Assembly (NCBI GenBank): GCA_038247245.1
Contig: JBBRVE010000006.1
Coordinates: 9,894-73,893, forward strand
DNA: 64,000 nt
Reading direction: 5' to 3'
Origin: Bdellovibrionales bacterium
GTDB lineage: Bacteria; Pseudomonadota; Alphaproteobacteria; Micavibrionales; UBA2020
Shown here in pieces: positions 1 through 11,149 of the stretch. The translations under genes and the position numbers were made by a program. The notes below the pieces were generated by a model. That model was not told the DNA's origin and ran no database searches. It was given only the letters and a program-made list of their open reading frames with translations. Position 1 is the first letter of the stretch. Every line of letters begins with the position of its first letter.

Positions 1-1
1 C

Positions 2-1134
<1,133 letters not shown>

Positions 1135-1138
<4 letters not shown>

Positions 1139-1902
1139 GCTTGCGCAACGCATTATCGACCGGCAAATCGGCCTTCATGCCCTTCGTCATGGCGGGTGAC
1201 CCGAATATGGCTGAAACCGAAAAAATCGTCGCCGCGCTGGAACGCGCGGGCGCATCGGCAATTGAACTGGGCGTGCCGTTTTCCGACCCTGTTGCGGACG
1301 GTGTGACGGTCCAGAAGGCGGCGGAGCGGGCATTGGCGGGCGGCGCAACGCTGAACGGTGTGATGGAACTCGTCAAAAAACTGCGTGCGAATGGCGTTAA
1401 AATTCCGATCTGCCTGTTTTCATACCTCAACCCCATTTACATGATGGGCTACGAGACATTTATCACCGCCGCATTGAAGGCAGGCGCGCAGGGCGCGTTG
1501 ATCGTCGACCTGCCGCCTGAAGAAGCGGGCGATTATCAGGCGGCTGCGAAAAAACACGGGTTTGAAACCGTCTTCCTCTGCTCCCCCACGACCACACCGG
1601 AGCGCCTGAAACTGGTCGATGATTATTCCAGCGGTTTTGTCTATTACGTTTCACGCGAAGGCGTGACGGGGGCGCAGAACGCGCTGCCGCAGCAATTGGC
1701 CGAAAAAATTACGCTACTGAAAACCCAATTAAGAAACCCGCTCGCCATCGGATTCGGCATTTCGACGCCCGACCATGTGAAGGCATTGACGGGCAAGGCA
1801 GATGGCATCGTCGTCGGCAGCGCGCTTGTGAAAATTATCGAGGAAAATCCGGCGAATGCAGCGGTTGCAGTCGAGGCCAAGGTGCGTGCATTGCTTGCCT
1901 GA
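1135..1902 (+). CDS. trpA: Tryptophan synthase alpha chain
   Basis: 255 aa with TrpA-like segments ([28 protein letters not shown]). Translationally coupled to trpB. Confidence 0.93.
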
Positions 1903-1929
1903 GACAACAATCCCGCCTATAATGGCCGC

Positions 1930-2406
1930 ATGACAAATAAAGACACAAACGCACCCGGCCCTGCCTATGCCATCGGCGACACAGACACGCGCCTCTGGGG
2001 CAGCTATACGGTCGTCGCCGTCGGCAAGAATGACGGCGAAGAATATTGCGAAAAAGAAATCATCGTCAACCCCGGCCATATCCTGTCGCTGCAAAGCCAC
2101 GAGCACCGCCGCGAACATTGGATGATCAAGCAGGGCGTGCTGACCGTCGTGCTGGACGGCACGCGGCTGGAGCTTAAAAAGGGCGAGGACGTCCGCATTC
2201 CGTTGCGCGCCATCCACTGCATGGCGAACCTCGGCAAAGATTCCTGCATCGTGCGCGAAATTCAGGCGGGCGTGTGCCGCGAAGACGACATCGCGCGTTA
2301 CATAGACGCATATGGCCGCAGCACCGATCAGGCGGGCGAGCTGCGCGCGGTCAGCAGCCTTGCCCTCTATGAACAAATTTTAAGCGAACTGCGTACAAAG
2401 GCCTAA
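1930..2406 (+). CDS. Cupin-domain protein resembling the C-terminal cupin of type II phosphomannose isomerase
   Basis: 158 aa with a cupin metal-site-like pattern (SLQSHEHRREHW ... IHCMAN). ATG at 1930. Confidence 0.6.
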   Translation: MTNKDTNAPGPAYAIGDTDTRLWGSYTVVAVGKNDGEEYCEKEIIVNPGHILSLQSHEHRREHWMIKQGVLTVVLDGTRLELKKGEDVRIPLRAIHCMANLGKDSCIVREIQAGVCREDDIARYIDAYGRSTDQAGELRAVSSLALYEQILSELRTKA

Positions 2407-2411
2407 TTACC

Positions 2412-3404
2412 ATGCGCATCGGCATCGATTTCGGCGGCACGAAAACGGAAATCATCTGCCTCGACAGCAAGAACGGCAAGGAAATCTACCGCCAGCGCAT
2501 CCCGACCGCGCGCGGCGATTACATGAACACCGTCAAATCGCTCTGTGACCTTGTGCGCGGCGCGGAGGCATCGCTGAAAAAAACCGGCACGGTCGGCGTT
2601 GCCATTCCCGGCACGATCATCCCCGAAACCGGCCTGATCAAGAATTCAAATTCCACATGGATGAACGGCCAGCCGTTCCAGAAAGACATGTCGAAGGCCC
2701 TGGGCCGCGAAGTGCACATGGAAAACGACGCCAACTGCTTTGCAGTATCGGAAGCAACCGACGGCGCGGGCGAAGGCAAGAATGTCGTGTTCGGCGTCAT
2801 CATCGGCACGGGCTGCGGTGGCGGCGTTGCATTGAATGCGGCCGCGCATCGCGGCGTGAATTCCATCGGCGGCGAATGGGGGCACAACCCCCTGCCCTAT
2901 CCGCGCGTCGCGCTGGCCGATACCGCCGCGCAGTTTTCGCGCTTCGAGGCTTATCCGGTGACCGATACGCTGAAAGACCTCTATTTCACCGACGAAGCCA
3001 ATGCCGAATTTCCAGGGCCGCTCTGCTATTGCGGCCGCCGTGGCTGCCTTGAAACCTGGATATCCGGCACAGGCTTCAAGAATGATTATAAACGCGTGAC
3101 GGGCGAGGATATGTCCACGCACGACATCATCGCGCAATCGAAGGTAAAAGAACCGAAATCGACCGCCGCGCTTGACCGCTATGTCGACCGGCTTGCGCGC
3201 GCATTGGCGCAGGTCATCAATATCCTCGACCCCGATGCCATCGTGCTGGGCGGCGGGATGAGCAATGTGAACGCGCTGTATAAAGACGTCCCCGCCGCGT
3301 GGAAAAAATACGTGTTTTCCGACACCGTCAAGACGCCGCTGCTGCCCGCCCGCCACGGCGATTCATCTGGCGTACGCGGCGCGGCGTGGCTCTGGGGCCG
3401 TTAA
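2412..3404 (+). CDS. ROK-family sugar kinase (NagK/Mak-like)
   Basis: N-terminal DFGGTK ATP-binding motif, NDANCFA, GTGCGGG, and the ROK zinc motif CYCGRRGCLE. Appears collinear with E. coli NagK by eye. Confidence 0.8.
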   Translation: MRIGIDFGGTKTEIICLDSKNGKEIYRQRIPTARGDYMNTVKSLCDLVRGAEASLKKTGTVGVAIPGTIIPETGLIKNSNSTWMNGQPFQKDMSKALGREVHMENDANCFAVSEATDGAGEGKNVVFGVIIGTGCGGGVALNAAAHRGVNSIGGEWGHNPLPYPRVALADTAAQFSRFEAYPVTDTLKDLYFTDEANAEFPGPLCYCGRRGCLETWISGTGFKNDYKRVTGEDMSTHDIIAQSKVKEPKSTAALDRYVDRLARALAQVINILDPDAIVLGGGMSNVNALYKDVPAAWKKYVFSDTVKTPLLPARHGDSSGVRGAAWLWGR

Positions 3405-3407
3405 ACC

Positions 3408-6400
3408 TTAATCCGTCACCGTCATCCGCATTTCATCGCTGTTTGCACGGATTTCAGGCACATACATCGCATGCGCCTGGTCGGGCATCGCGTGGAATTC
3501 GCCCGGTATCTCCGCGCGCAATTCATAGCGCAGCAAATGCTTTCCCTGTTTCAGGCTGGAGATAAAGAACGCCGCTTTCTGGTCGCGGAATTCCTGATAG
3601 ACGTAGGTGCGCTCGTCCGTCTCCTTGCCTTCATGGTCCAGCTTGATCGCCTCGCCGCCGCCGCTGACCAGCGATACAGCTTCAAGCCCGGCCGGTTTGT
3701 AATCTTCGGCGATCAGGTATTCGTAATTGTTTTTCGCCTCCAGCAGCACATCGACGCGGATGCGGTCACCACTTTTCACAGCGTCGCCTTCCTTCAGCTC
3801 CGCCCAGTCATTGGTATAGCCCTTCATCAGGGTTTCCTTGACCGATTGCTTGTAATATTTGCGGGTCACAAAGATTTCGTTGCCAGCCTTGGTGATCGGC
3901 TCTTCCAGCGTGAAGTATTTGGCATGCGCCGCCACATACATCGCGCCCTTGCCCTTGATCGTCACGCTCACCTTGTTGTCGCCGTCTTTCAACGCCTCCG
4001 CCGGAATGTCGATCAGGCGGTTGAACGAGAAGACGTTCGATGAATCGGCGCGGCCGTTGCGGACTTCCTTGCCGTTGACCGACACCGTGTAATCATATTC
4101 CGGCGCCAGCTCGCGGGTGGCCTTCAGGTAATCGGCAAGGCCAAGGATGGCGATTGCCGTATCGCGCGTGTTTTTCCACGATGCGCCGCGACGGTTGAGC
4201 ACCATCCATTTGACCGCTTTTTCCAAATACGGGCTTTGCGGGTCCATATTGGCAAGCGCCTTGATGGTGAACGCCGTTGCCTCCACCCCGCCTTCGCTCC
4301 AGCGGTAATGAACGCCGCTTTCGCCCCAATGGGCGGTCGCGTTGTCCTTGTCTTCCTGCACGCCATTGATCAGGTTCTGCGCCAAGACGCGGCTGCGGTC
4401 TGCGCTGCCGTATTTGTTTTCGGCAAGCGAGAACAGTGCGCGGGTATAGGGGTTCAGCTTGGCGCGCATGTCCCATAGGCGCGTACGTTGCCTGTCTGTG
4501 CGTTCCTCCGGCGTGGTCGAGACGTTCGACAGCGCATGGAGCATCCAGGCGAGCATATCCGGCTGGTCTTCTTCCTCGACCAGTTGGTTACGCAGGAATT
4601 CGGCGGCGCGTGAAATGACGTCGCTGCGCACATCCATGCCGGCATCGCGCGCAAGGCTGAGGCCCCAGACGACGTAAGACGTCATGAAACGATCGCTGTC
4701 GCCGTCTTTCCACCAGCCCCAGCCGCCATCGCCATGCTGGAAATCATAGAGGCGCGTCAGCGCGTCGGTCGTCATTTTATCGAGTTTCTTGTAGGTCGTA
4801 TCGGTGCGGCGTTGCGGATGGCCCTGCGGGTCGTTGCGGGGCTCCAGCACGTCGCTTAAGTAAGCCTCCACATCATCACCCTTGATGCCCAAATCTTTCA
4901 TCGTTTTGCGCACGATGATCGCGGGCAGGAAGCGGCTCATGGTCTGCTCCACGCAGCCATAGGGGTAATCGGCAAGGTAGGGCAACGCATCCAACAGGTT
5001 CGCAGCGAGCGACGGCGAGACGGTGAGGCGCAGGGATGTCGCCTCCTTGATGCGTTCCTTCGGGATATTGACGGTCAGCTCCTTCGTCATTTCGTCTCCG
5101 GTCGATTTAAGCACCAGCGACTGCGCGATGAATTTTTCGATGCCGTGCGGGATGACGGGATAGGTTTTTTCCATCGCATCCGACGCTTTCTCGGATTTGG
5201 CGATGACCGTGATCTTGGCCATGCCCGCTTTCTGCGCGGATACCGCCCAATCGACGCGCGCCTGTCCGTTGGCAGGCACGATGACGGACGCCATTTCACC
5301 CTTCACGAATTTGCCGTCCTTATAAAGGCCGGTGACGTTGACGCCCTCGGCCTTGATGACCGGCATGACGGTAACAGGTTTATCGGTCATGTTGTCGATC
5401 AGGGCGGAAACATCCACAAGGTCGCGTTCGGTGAAGAACCGCGGCGCCTGCAGGCGGATCATCAGGCTTTTGTTCGCCTTGACCTCGTGCGTGACGCTAC
5501 CGATCGATGTATCGCGGGTCGCCGCGCGCGCAGTTGCGCGCCAGGTGGTGAGCGAGTCCGGGAACTTCACGGTCAGTTTCGCATGGCCCCGCGCATCGGT
5601 TTTCAGCGACGGTAGCCAGGTGACGGTCGAGCGGAAATCGCTCCGCACGCGGTCGGGTTCCTGCATCGGCGCGCCATTGGCATTGTCCATGCCGGAGGGG
5701 GCTTTCTTTTTGGATATTTCATTTTTGTCGGCCAACATTTCCTTGGCAGCGCCCCGCGCAGTAACGGGGGCGGCACTCGGCGCGGACACGGATTTCATGG
5801 CCGCGCTTTCCGCAACGGCAAGACCTCCCCTGCCGCCGACAGCGCCTAATTGCTGACGCATTACGCCTTCGTCACGGTCATCGGCCCGGCCGTCCTTGTT
5901 CAAGCGGCGGCGGTCGTTTTCCTGATCGCTGATCAGATCGCCCTTTTCGCCGCGCATGAGCATCGTATAGGGACGCTGATAGAAACTCGCCTGTGTCTGG
6001 ATGCTCAGCTGTTTTTTCTCGCCGTAGAAAAACTGCTGGATATCCTGCGCATATTCGCCCTGTATGTAGTAAATCGCGGCGTCTGTGATGCCGATGGCGA
6101 CTTCGGATTCGACCGGCTTGCCGTCCTTGTCGGTCACTTCTACATCAAAGGTGCCTTCTTCCTGCGGCTGATAGACAGCCTTGTCCGATATTAGCTTTAC
6201 ATTCAGAAATTTGTCAGACGGCGGGACAATCACCTGGAGTTGGGTGGTTTTCAGCTGGTACTGGCTGCCGCTGAGGGCGCTCAGGAACACGTTTGGCGTG
6301 TAATTATCATTCACCGGCAGTTCGACCAGCTTCACGCTGCCCTCCAGATGCAGCATTTTGTAATCGAACAGGTTGTCGCTTTCGACCGACAGCAGCACAT

Positions 6401-9236
6401 AGGTATCCGGCACGTCGGAGACGATCATTGCGCGCATCGTGTCGCCCGCGTTGTAGGTGTCTTTTTCCGTGATGATCTGCAACCCGCCATATCGGTACCC
6501 GATATTCGTAGCATCGGTGTCGCAGACATAAATATTGGCGCTCGCGGTCACGGGATTCCCGTTATCGAAACCTGTGAATTCGACAGTGTAATAGCCGTTT
6601 TCGGATGGCTCGAATTCGAACACGGCTTCGCCCTTGGCATTCGTTTTAACGAATTTGGTCATCATTTCGACACCGTCATAACCGCCGGGGGTTTTGACCT
6701 TGCCGTCGAACAGCACAGGGTCGCGCCAGCTGTTGCGGCGGATGATGACCTTGCCTTCGACCGCAACAGGTTTATCATCTGCGGTGAGCGTGCGGATGGT
6801 TGCCTGCGCCTTGTCGCCGGGGCGGTAAAGGTTGTTTTTCGCCTCTACCGTCGCGTAATAGGCGGTTTTCATCACCTTGATATCGGCGGTGCCGCGGATT
6901 TCGCGGCGACTTTTATCGACCACGCGCACTTCGATATGATATTGCAGCTGGTCCCCGGCATCTTTTGGCGTATCGATCTTGAATTTCGCCTTGCCGTCCT
7001 TGCCGGTCTTGATTTTTTCCTGCTTCAGCAGCTGGCCGTAACCGCCATAGCCGTAATTTTGCGGATACATGTCGTCGTAATACCAGCTATGGGCGCGCCA
7101 CGGGCGGTAATAGCGGTAATACGGGTTTTGATAGACAAGATATTCCACATCGGCATCCGCAACCGCGCCGCCGAAGTAATATTGCGAGTCAATCGACACA
7201 TCGATCGTGTCGCCCAAACGGTAAGCGGCGATGCCGTCCTTCGGCTCTTTCGGCTCCGGCGTCACGGATACTGTGTATTCGGGAAGCTTATATTCCTCCA
7301 GACGGAAGAGTTGCGTGGTGGACAGGTAATTGTTGTTGTCGCTGGTGAAAAGCTGCAGGTTATATTCGCCCAGCACTGCCTTGTCATCCAGCACCAGCGT
7401 GCCGTCGAACGATCCGTAATCGTTCAGCGCGTAATCGGATTCCAGCACCTGTTTGCCCTGCGCGTCGTAAATGCGCGCCTTCACCTTCATGCCGCTTGGC
7501 ACGGTGAAGCGGCCGTCTTTCGGCTGGCGCAGCATCGCCTTGAAGTTCACGGTTTCGTTGGGGCGATAGGCGGGACGGTCGGTGAAGGCATAGAGCCACC
7601 ATTCGCCCTTGCTGTTGTTGTAATAGTTATAAAAGTTGTTCTGCACAAACGCCTGGCGCGCATCCGACGTCATGGCGCCGAAAATGGTGTGCTGCTGTGA
7701 ATAATTGCGGTTGGCATTGCTGCGCAGCGCGGTTTTCAACAACCCGTTTTCATCCGTGCGGCCCTCATCGACGATCCAGCGCGTGTTGTTGGTGTCGTCG
7801 TAATAGCTGTAGGTGTAGCGGATATCGGCGTTCGCAACCGGCTTTCCGGTTTTGGCGTCCATGGCGAAAAATAGCGCCTTGTCATTCGCAACCTTGCTGA
7901 CCAGCGCAACATCGCTGACAAGTACAAGATCATAGGCAGGCTTCAGGCCGCCCGACTGCACGGTCATCAGGTACGCTCCCATGGGCAGTTTTCCGGCCTT
8001 GGGGTCGGGTTTGTCGCCATCATCGGCGCGCCAGTCGGCGAGGCTTTTTTGCTCGTTATATTGCTGATGCTTGCCTTCTTCCTTTAGCGTGATCGTGGAT
8101 TCGGATTCCACCGGCAGCGATTTATAACGGCCGGAATCGACCAGAACCTGCAGCGCTTCCTGATAGCTGTTGAAGCCGTAGCCGTCGGGTTTCAGTTTGA
8201 TTTCACGCGCAAGGTCGATCCTGTAAAACGTCACCGACGCAGATTTGACGTTGCGCCAGCCGAGACTGAACTGGATCTCCGATCCCGGCAGGAAGGTATT
8301 GCCCACGCCAAGGCTCAGCTGCGGGTTCACAATGTATTCGACGCGACGCAGGGCGTCATCCACCCATTGCGACTGGCCGGTTTTAAACCTGGCCGTCAGC
8401 TGCTTGTAGGTTTTGACGGCATCCACGAATTCGCCCTTGTTTTCGTAGAACATACCAAGCTGGTACAGCGCGTCATCCGCCCATTCGGTATCTTCGAAAT
8501 CATCGGCAACCGTCTTGAATTCTTCAATCGCCTTGTCGCGCAATTTCTGGTCGCCGTTATAATTCTGCTGCCATGCCATGGCCTGCCCGTAATGCGCGCG
8601 CGCCTTGTCATTGTCGGATTTCGCGACCTTCAGGATTTCGGCGAACAGCACCTGCAGCGATTCATTGCCCTGCGGCTGCTGGGCGGGCGGCACCGGCGCG
8701 ATCATGCGTTTACCGCCCATGCGGATCGGGCGGATATCGGTATTGTACCAGCCCCAGCGGCTGGTGATGAAATCGGCCAGCTGGAAACTGATACCGATGA
8801 ATTTTTCGCGCGCCAGATCGACATCCGATGACCCCGCCCACCAGTCGCGCGCGTCATCGAGGTATTTCTTGATCGCTTCCGCCTTGCCGTATTGGTCGAC
8901 GGTTGTGTAATGCGTGGCAAGCGACACCCCCGCCTCCGCGCGCCAGCGGTCGTCGCCCTTTTCATCGGCAAGCCCAAGCAATTTTGTTTCGGCAGATTTC
9001 AGGCGCGTTTCATCCTTCAGCTGCAGCACGCTGTCGCCCCATTTAAAGGTCACTTCGCGCGCCAGTTTCTCGTCCGCTTTCTGGTCGATGAATTTCTCGT
9101 ATTCCGCCGCCGCCAGCTGCCATGATTTTTCGGCGTAGTATTTGTTTGCCGTTTCAAGGTCGGATGCCGAATACGCCTGCGCGGATTGCGGCAGGAACAG
9201 GGCGATCATCAGGGCGAAAAACGCGTAAAATTTCAT
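3408..9236 (-). CDS. Alpha-2-macroglobulin family protein, thioester type, with signal peptide and TPR-like N-terminal region
   Basis: 1942 aa. Signal peptide MKFYAFFALMIALFLPQSAQA with no lipobox Cys. Thioester motif GCVEQ (nt 4944-4955, about Cys1428). Low-complexity bait-like stretch (about nt 5640-5870) precedes FRSTVTWLP. Confidence 0.9.
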   Translation of the reverse strand: MKFYAFFALMIALFLPQSAQAYSASDLETANKYYAEKSWQLAAAEYEKFIDQKADEKLAREVTFKWGDSVLQLKDETRLKSAETKLLGLADEKGDDRWRAEAGVSLATHYTTVDQYGKAEAIKKYLDDARDWWAGSSDVDLAREKFIGISFQLADFITSRWGWYNTDIRPIRMGGKRMIAPVPPAQQPQGNESLQVLFAEILKVAKSDNDKARAHYGQAMAWQQNYNGDQKLRDKAIEEFKTVADDFEDTEWADDALYQLGMFYENKGEFVDAVKTYKQLTARFKTGQSQWVDDALRRVEYIVNPQLSLGVGNTFLPGSEIQFSLGWRNVKSASVTFYRIDLAREIKLKPDGYGFNSYQEALQVLVDSGRYKSLPVESESTITLKEEGKHQQYNEQKSLADWRADDGDKPDPKAGKLPMGAYLMTVQSGGLKPAYDLVLVSDVALVSKVANDKALFFAMDAKTGKPVANADIRYTYSYYDDTNNTRWIVDEGRTDENGLLKTALRSNANRNYSQQHTIFGAMTSDARQAFVQNNFYNYYNNSKGEWWLYAFTDRPAYRPNETVNFKAMLRQPKDGRFTVPSGMKVKARIYDAQGKQVLESDYALNDYGSFDGTLVLDDKAVLGEYNLQLFTSDNNNYLSTTQLFRLEEYKLPEYTVSVTPEPKEPKDGIAAYRLGDTIDVSIDSQYYFGGAVADADVEYLVYQNPYYRYYRPWRAHSWYYDDMYPQNYGYGGYGQLLKQEKIKTGKDGKAKFKIDTPKDAGDQLQYHIEVRVVDKSRREIRGTADIKVMKTAYYATVEAKNNLYRPGDKAQATIRTLTADDKPVAVEGKVIIRRNSWRDPVLFDGKVKTPGGYDGVEMMTKFVKTNAKGEAVFEFEPSENGYYTVEFTGFDNGNPVTASANIYVCDTDATNIGYRYGGLQIITEKDTYNAGDTMRAMIVSDVPDTYVLLSVESDNLFDYKMLHLEGSVKLVELPVNDNYTPNVFLSALSGSQYQLKTTQLQVIVPPSDKFLNVKLISDKAVYQPQEEGTFDVEVTDKDGKPVESEVAIGITDAAIYYIQGEYAQDIQQFFYGEKKQLSIQTQASFYQRPYTMLMRGEKGDLISDQENDRRRLNKDGRADDRDEGVMRQQLGAVGGRGGLAVAESAAMKSVSAPSAAPVTARGAAKEMLADKNEISKKKAPSGMDNANGAPMQEPDRVRSDFRSTVTWLPSLKTDARGHAKLTVKFPDSLTTWRATARAATRDTSIGSVTHEVKANKSLMIRLQAPRFFTERDLVDVSALIDNMTDKPVTVMPVIKAEGVNVTGLYKDGKFVKGEMASVIVPANGQARVDWAVSAQKAGMAKITVIAKSEKASDAMEKTYPVIPHGIEKFIAQSLVLKSTGDEMTKELTVNIPKERIKEATSLRLTVSPSLAANLLDALPYLADYPYGCVEQTMSRFLPAIIVRKTMKDLGIKGDDVEAYLSDVLEPRNDPQGHPQRRTDTTYKKLDKMTTDALTRLYDFQHGDGGWGWWKDGDSDRFMTSYVVWGLSLARDAGMDVRSDVISRAAEFLRNQLVEEEDQPDMLAWMLHALSNVSTTPEERTDRQRTRLWDMRAKLNPYTRALFSLAENKYGSADRSRVLAQNLINGVQEDKDNATAHWGESGVHYRWSEGGVEATAFTIKALANMDPQSPYLEKAVKWMVLNRRGASWKNTRDTAIAILGLADYLKATRELAPEYDYTVSVNGKEVRNGRADSSNVFSFNRLIDIPAEALKDGDNKVSVTIKGKGAMYVAAHAKYFTLEEPITKAGNEIFVTRKYYKQSVKETLMKGYTNDWAELKEGDAVKSGDRIRVDVLLEAKNNYEYLIAEDYKPAGLEAVSLVSGGGEAIKLDHEGKETDERTYVYQEFRDQKAAFFISSLKQGKHLLRYELRAEIPGEFHAMPDQAHAMYVPEIRANSDEMRMTVTD

Positions 9237-9370
9237 GGCGGTTATCCCGTTGAAAAACGTTGCGACAGGGATAAGACGCGTGACAACGCCATATCCTTGG
9301 GAAATTCTTTTCCCGATGATAGGGGTTGTGGCTTAACAGACTGTTAATTAAAGGGAAATTTACAACGTGA

Positions 9371-9389
9371 ACAGGCGTTATAACGCTGT
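9371..9389. other. Near-perfect palindrome (core GCGTTATAACGC) just downstream of the allA stop. Possible weak terminator or operator.
   Basis: Sequence acaggcgttataacgctgt, read directly. No clear T-run follows on the minus strand. Confidence 0.3.
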
Positions 9390-9393
9390 TACG

Positions 9394-9897
9394 TCAATAA
9401 TCGATCGTCATAACGTCGTCGCCTTCGAAATAAACCTCGTCTAGGTTTTTCTCCGCCCCGCCACGGTCGATCACCATGAAGTCGCAAATTTTGTCGAGCG
9501 CGAGGCTGTAATGGTGCCAAGTGCCGCGCGCGTAATTCACGCCCTGCTTCGGGCCCGCAAGGAAGGCGCGCATTTGCGTCGCATCGAAATCACCCGGCGG
9601 TGCCACCACAACCATATAAGGATGGTTATCCAGCGGATAAAACGCCTGACTGGACAACGGGTGACGCTCCATCACCTTCAGCGCAATCGGGCGCGGCAGC
9701 GGCTTTGATCTGAAAATGCTGACCAGCGGCGTGCCGCTATCCTGCAGCAGATCCAGCCCCGCGATGCTGTGATACCGTTCGGTGTTGCCGTAATTGATAT
9801 GGCGCAACTCCTGCGCCGTTCCCGTCTCCAGCACATCGCCGAAGGGTTTGAAAGCGGCGGGGGTGAGCGGTTCGGGCCTTAAAATGCGGTTTTTCAT
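9394..9897 (-). CDS. allA: Ureidoglycolate lyase
   Basis: 167 aa. Typical AllA N-terminus (LRPEPLTPAAFKPFGDV) and the ERHPLSSQAF segment. Confidence 0.85.
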   Translation of the reverse strand: MKNRILRPEPLTPAAFKPFGDVLETGTAQELRHINYGNTERYHSIAGLDLLQDSGTPLVSIFRSKPLPRPIALKVMERHPLSSQAFYPLDNHPYMVVVAPPGDFDATQMRAFLAGPKQGVNYARGTWHHYSLALDKICDFMVIDRGGAEKNLDEVYFEGDDVMTIDY

Positions 9898-9976
9898 GGG
9901 TATTTCAGGGGGTTGCTTTGCCTGTCCAATAGTTGCATAAAACTACCATCAGTAAAACAAGCAATTGCAGGACATC

Positions 9977-11149
9977 ATGGCCAAAAAGCCCGCGAAAAAA
10001 GCCGCCAAAAAATCAGCCACCAAAGCCGGCAAGCTGAACACCCATAACGGGCGCAAACCGATCCCCGCCATCCTGATGGCCTATTCGGAATCGGATTTCA
10101 CGAACCCGCATGAAGCGATGACCGCGCAGGAGCCAAAGGATTGCCGCGGCGATTTCACGCATATGGGCGCGAAATATTGGGGCTATGAATCGCGCCGCCA
10201 CATGGCGACCCGCGTGACCGACGGCGCTGAATCGCTGGATTTCAACCACGCCGCGCATAACTGGATGATCATCGGCCTGAAGAAACGCGCTGTCATCGAC
10301 GCCATCACCATCAGCACGAAATGGTACACCGGCAATCAGGTGCAGGCGGCATCGGTGTTCCTGATCGACGATCTGGAAGGCACGCAAGTGCAGGTGCTCG
10401 ACCGCGCGAAACTGAAGCCGGATTCCGAACATGTGTTCAAGGTCAAGGCGTCGATTGCGACCGAAGTATATGTGGAGCTGTATTACGAAGGCGGCCTCTC
10501 CCGCATCAATTTCTTCGGCGAACTGGCCGATGTGCAGCTGCCGGAGCGCCGCAACCTGCTGGACGGCGCAAAGATCAGCCATGTGTCGAACATCCATTAC
10601 GGCGTGCCCGACCGCGCGGTCGGCGGCGACCGTCAGCAGATGTATATGTATGGCTGGGAATCGGCGCGCACCGGTTACGGCGAACAGGCTGTGTTTCACC
10701 TGAAAAAACCCGCCGTGATCGACGAAGTGATCGTCGATACCTACCTGCACCGCCTCAACGCCCCCATGACCGCGCATGTCTACGGGCTGAACGCGAATGA
10801 CAAGGGCGTGAAGGGCAAAAAACTGGACGCGCTGATGAAACTCGCCCCGAAATGGAGCCTTGTGTTCGATGGCGACAAGCATGTCGTGCCGAAGGATTTC
10901 AAGGATTACATGCTGAACCAGAAATACCTGAAGGAAAAAGGCGTGATGGACACGCAGCAGTTCAAGATCGTATTGCACCTGCCCGGTAACAGCCCGTGGA
11001 AACCCGTCATTCCTTTCGCCCCGCTGTCGCCCGACACCTATCACCGTTATCGCGACGTGTATGATGCCGGCCCCGTAACGCATGTGCTGTATATGCACTA
11101 CGATAACGGTGGCATCCACGGCCTCAAGATGTTCGGCACCGAGGATTAA
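9977..11149 (+). CDS. alc: Allantoicase-family protein (divergent, two allantoicase repeats) with a Lys-rich N-terminal tail
   Basis: Two repeats, each with a GW/YES-R motif (WGYESRRH, YGWESARTG), an (I/V)xTxxxTGN-type strand (ISTKWYTGN), and a terminal GG-containing strand (YYEGGLSRINFFG, YDNGGIHGLKMFG). I prefer the ATG at 9977 over the TTG at 9965. Confidence 0.7.
   Translation: MAKKPAKKAAKKSATKAGKLNTHNGRKPIPAILMAYSESDFTNPHEAMTAQEPKDCRGDFTHMGAKYWGYESRRHMATRVTDGAESLDFNHAAHNWMIIGLKKRAVIDAITISTKWYTGNQVQAASVFLIDDLEGTQVQVLDRAKLKPDSEHVFKVKASIATEVYVELYYEGGLSRINFFGELADVQLPERRNLLDGAKISHVSNIHYGVPDRAVGGDRQQMYMYGWESARTGYGEQAVFHLKKPAVIDEVIVDTYLHRLNAPMTAHVYGLNANDKGVKGKKLDALMKLAPKWSLVFDGDKHVVPKDFKDYMLNQKYLKEKGVMDTQQFKIVLHLPGNSPWKPVIPFAPLSPDTYHRYRDVYDAGPVTHVLYMHYDNGGIHGLKMFGTED

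Noticed and set aside
6240-7700. Long antisense ORFs opposite real genes: 6240-7700 (+) in the A2M gene, 10013-11119 (-), 25731-27095 (-), 28367-29512 (-), 31189-32307 (-), 36940-38241 (-), 42983-44149 (+), 54690-55697 (-), 62163-63125 (-).
   Set aside because: Their translations are Arg/Ala/Gly/His-rich low-complexity strings with no motifs. Each lies exactly opposite a gene with strong family signatures. These are typical shadow ORFs of GC-rich DNA.
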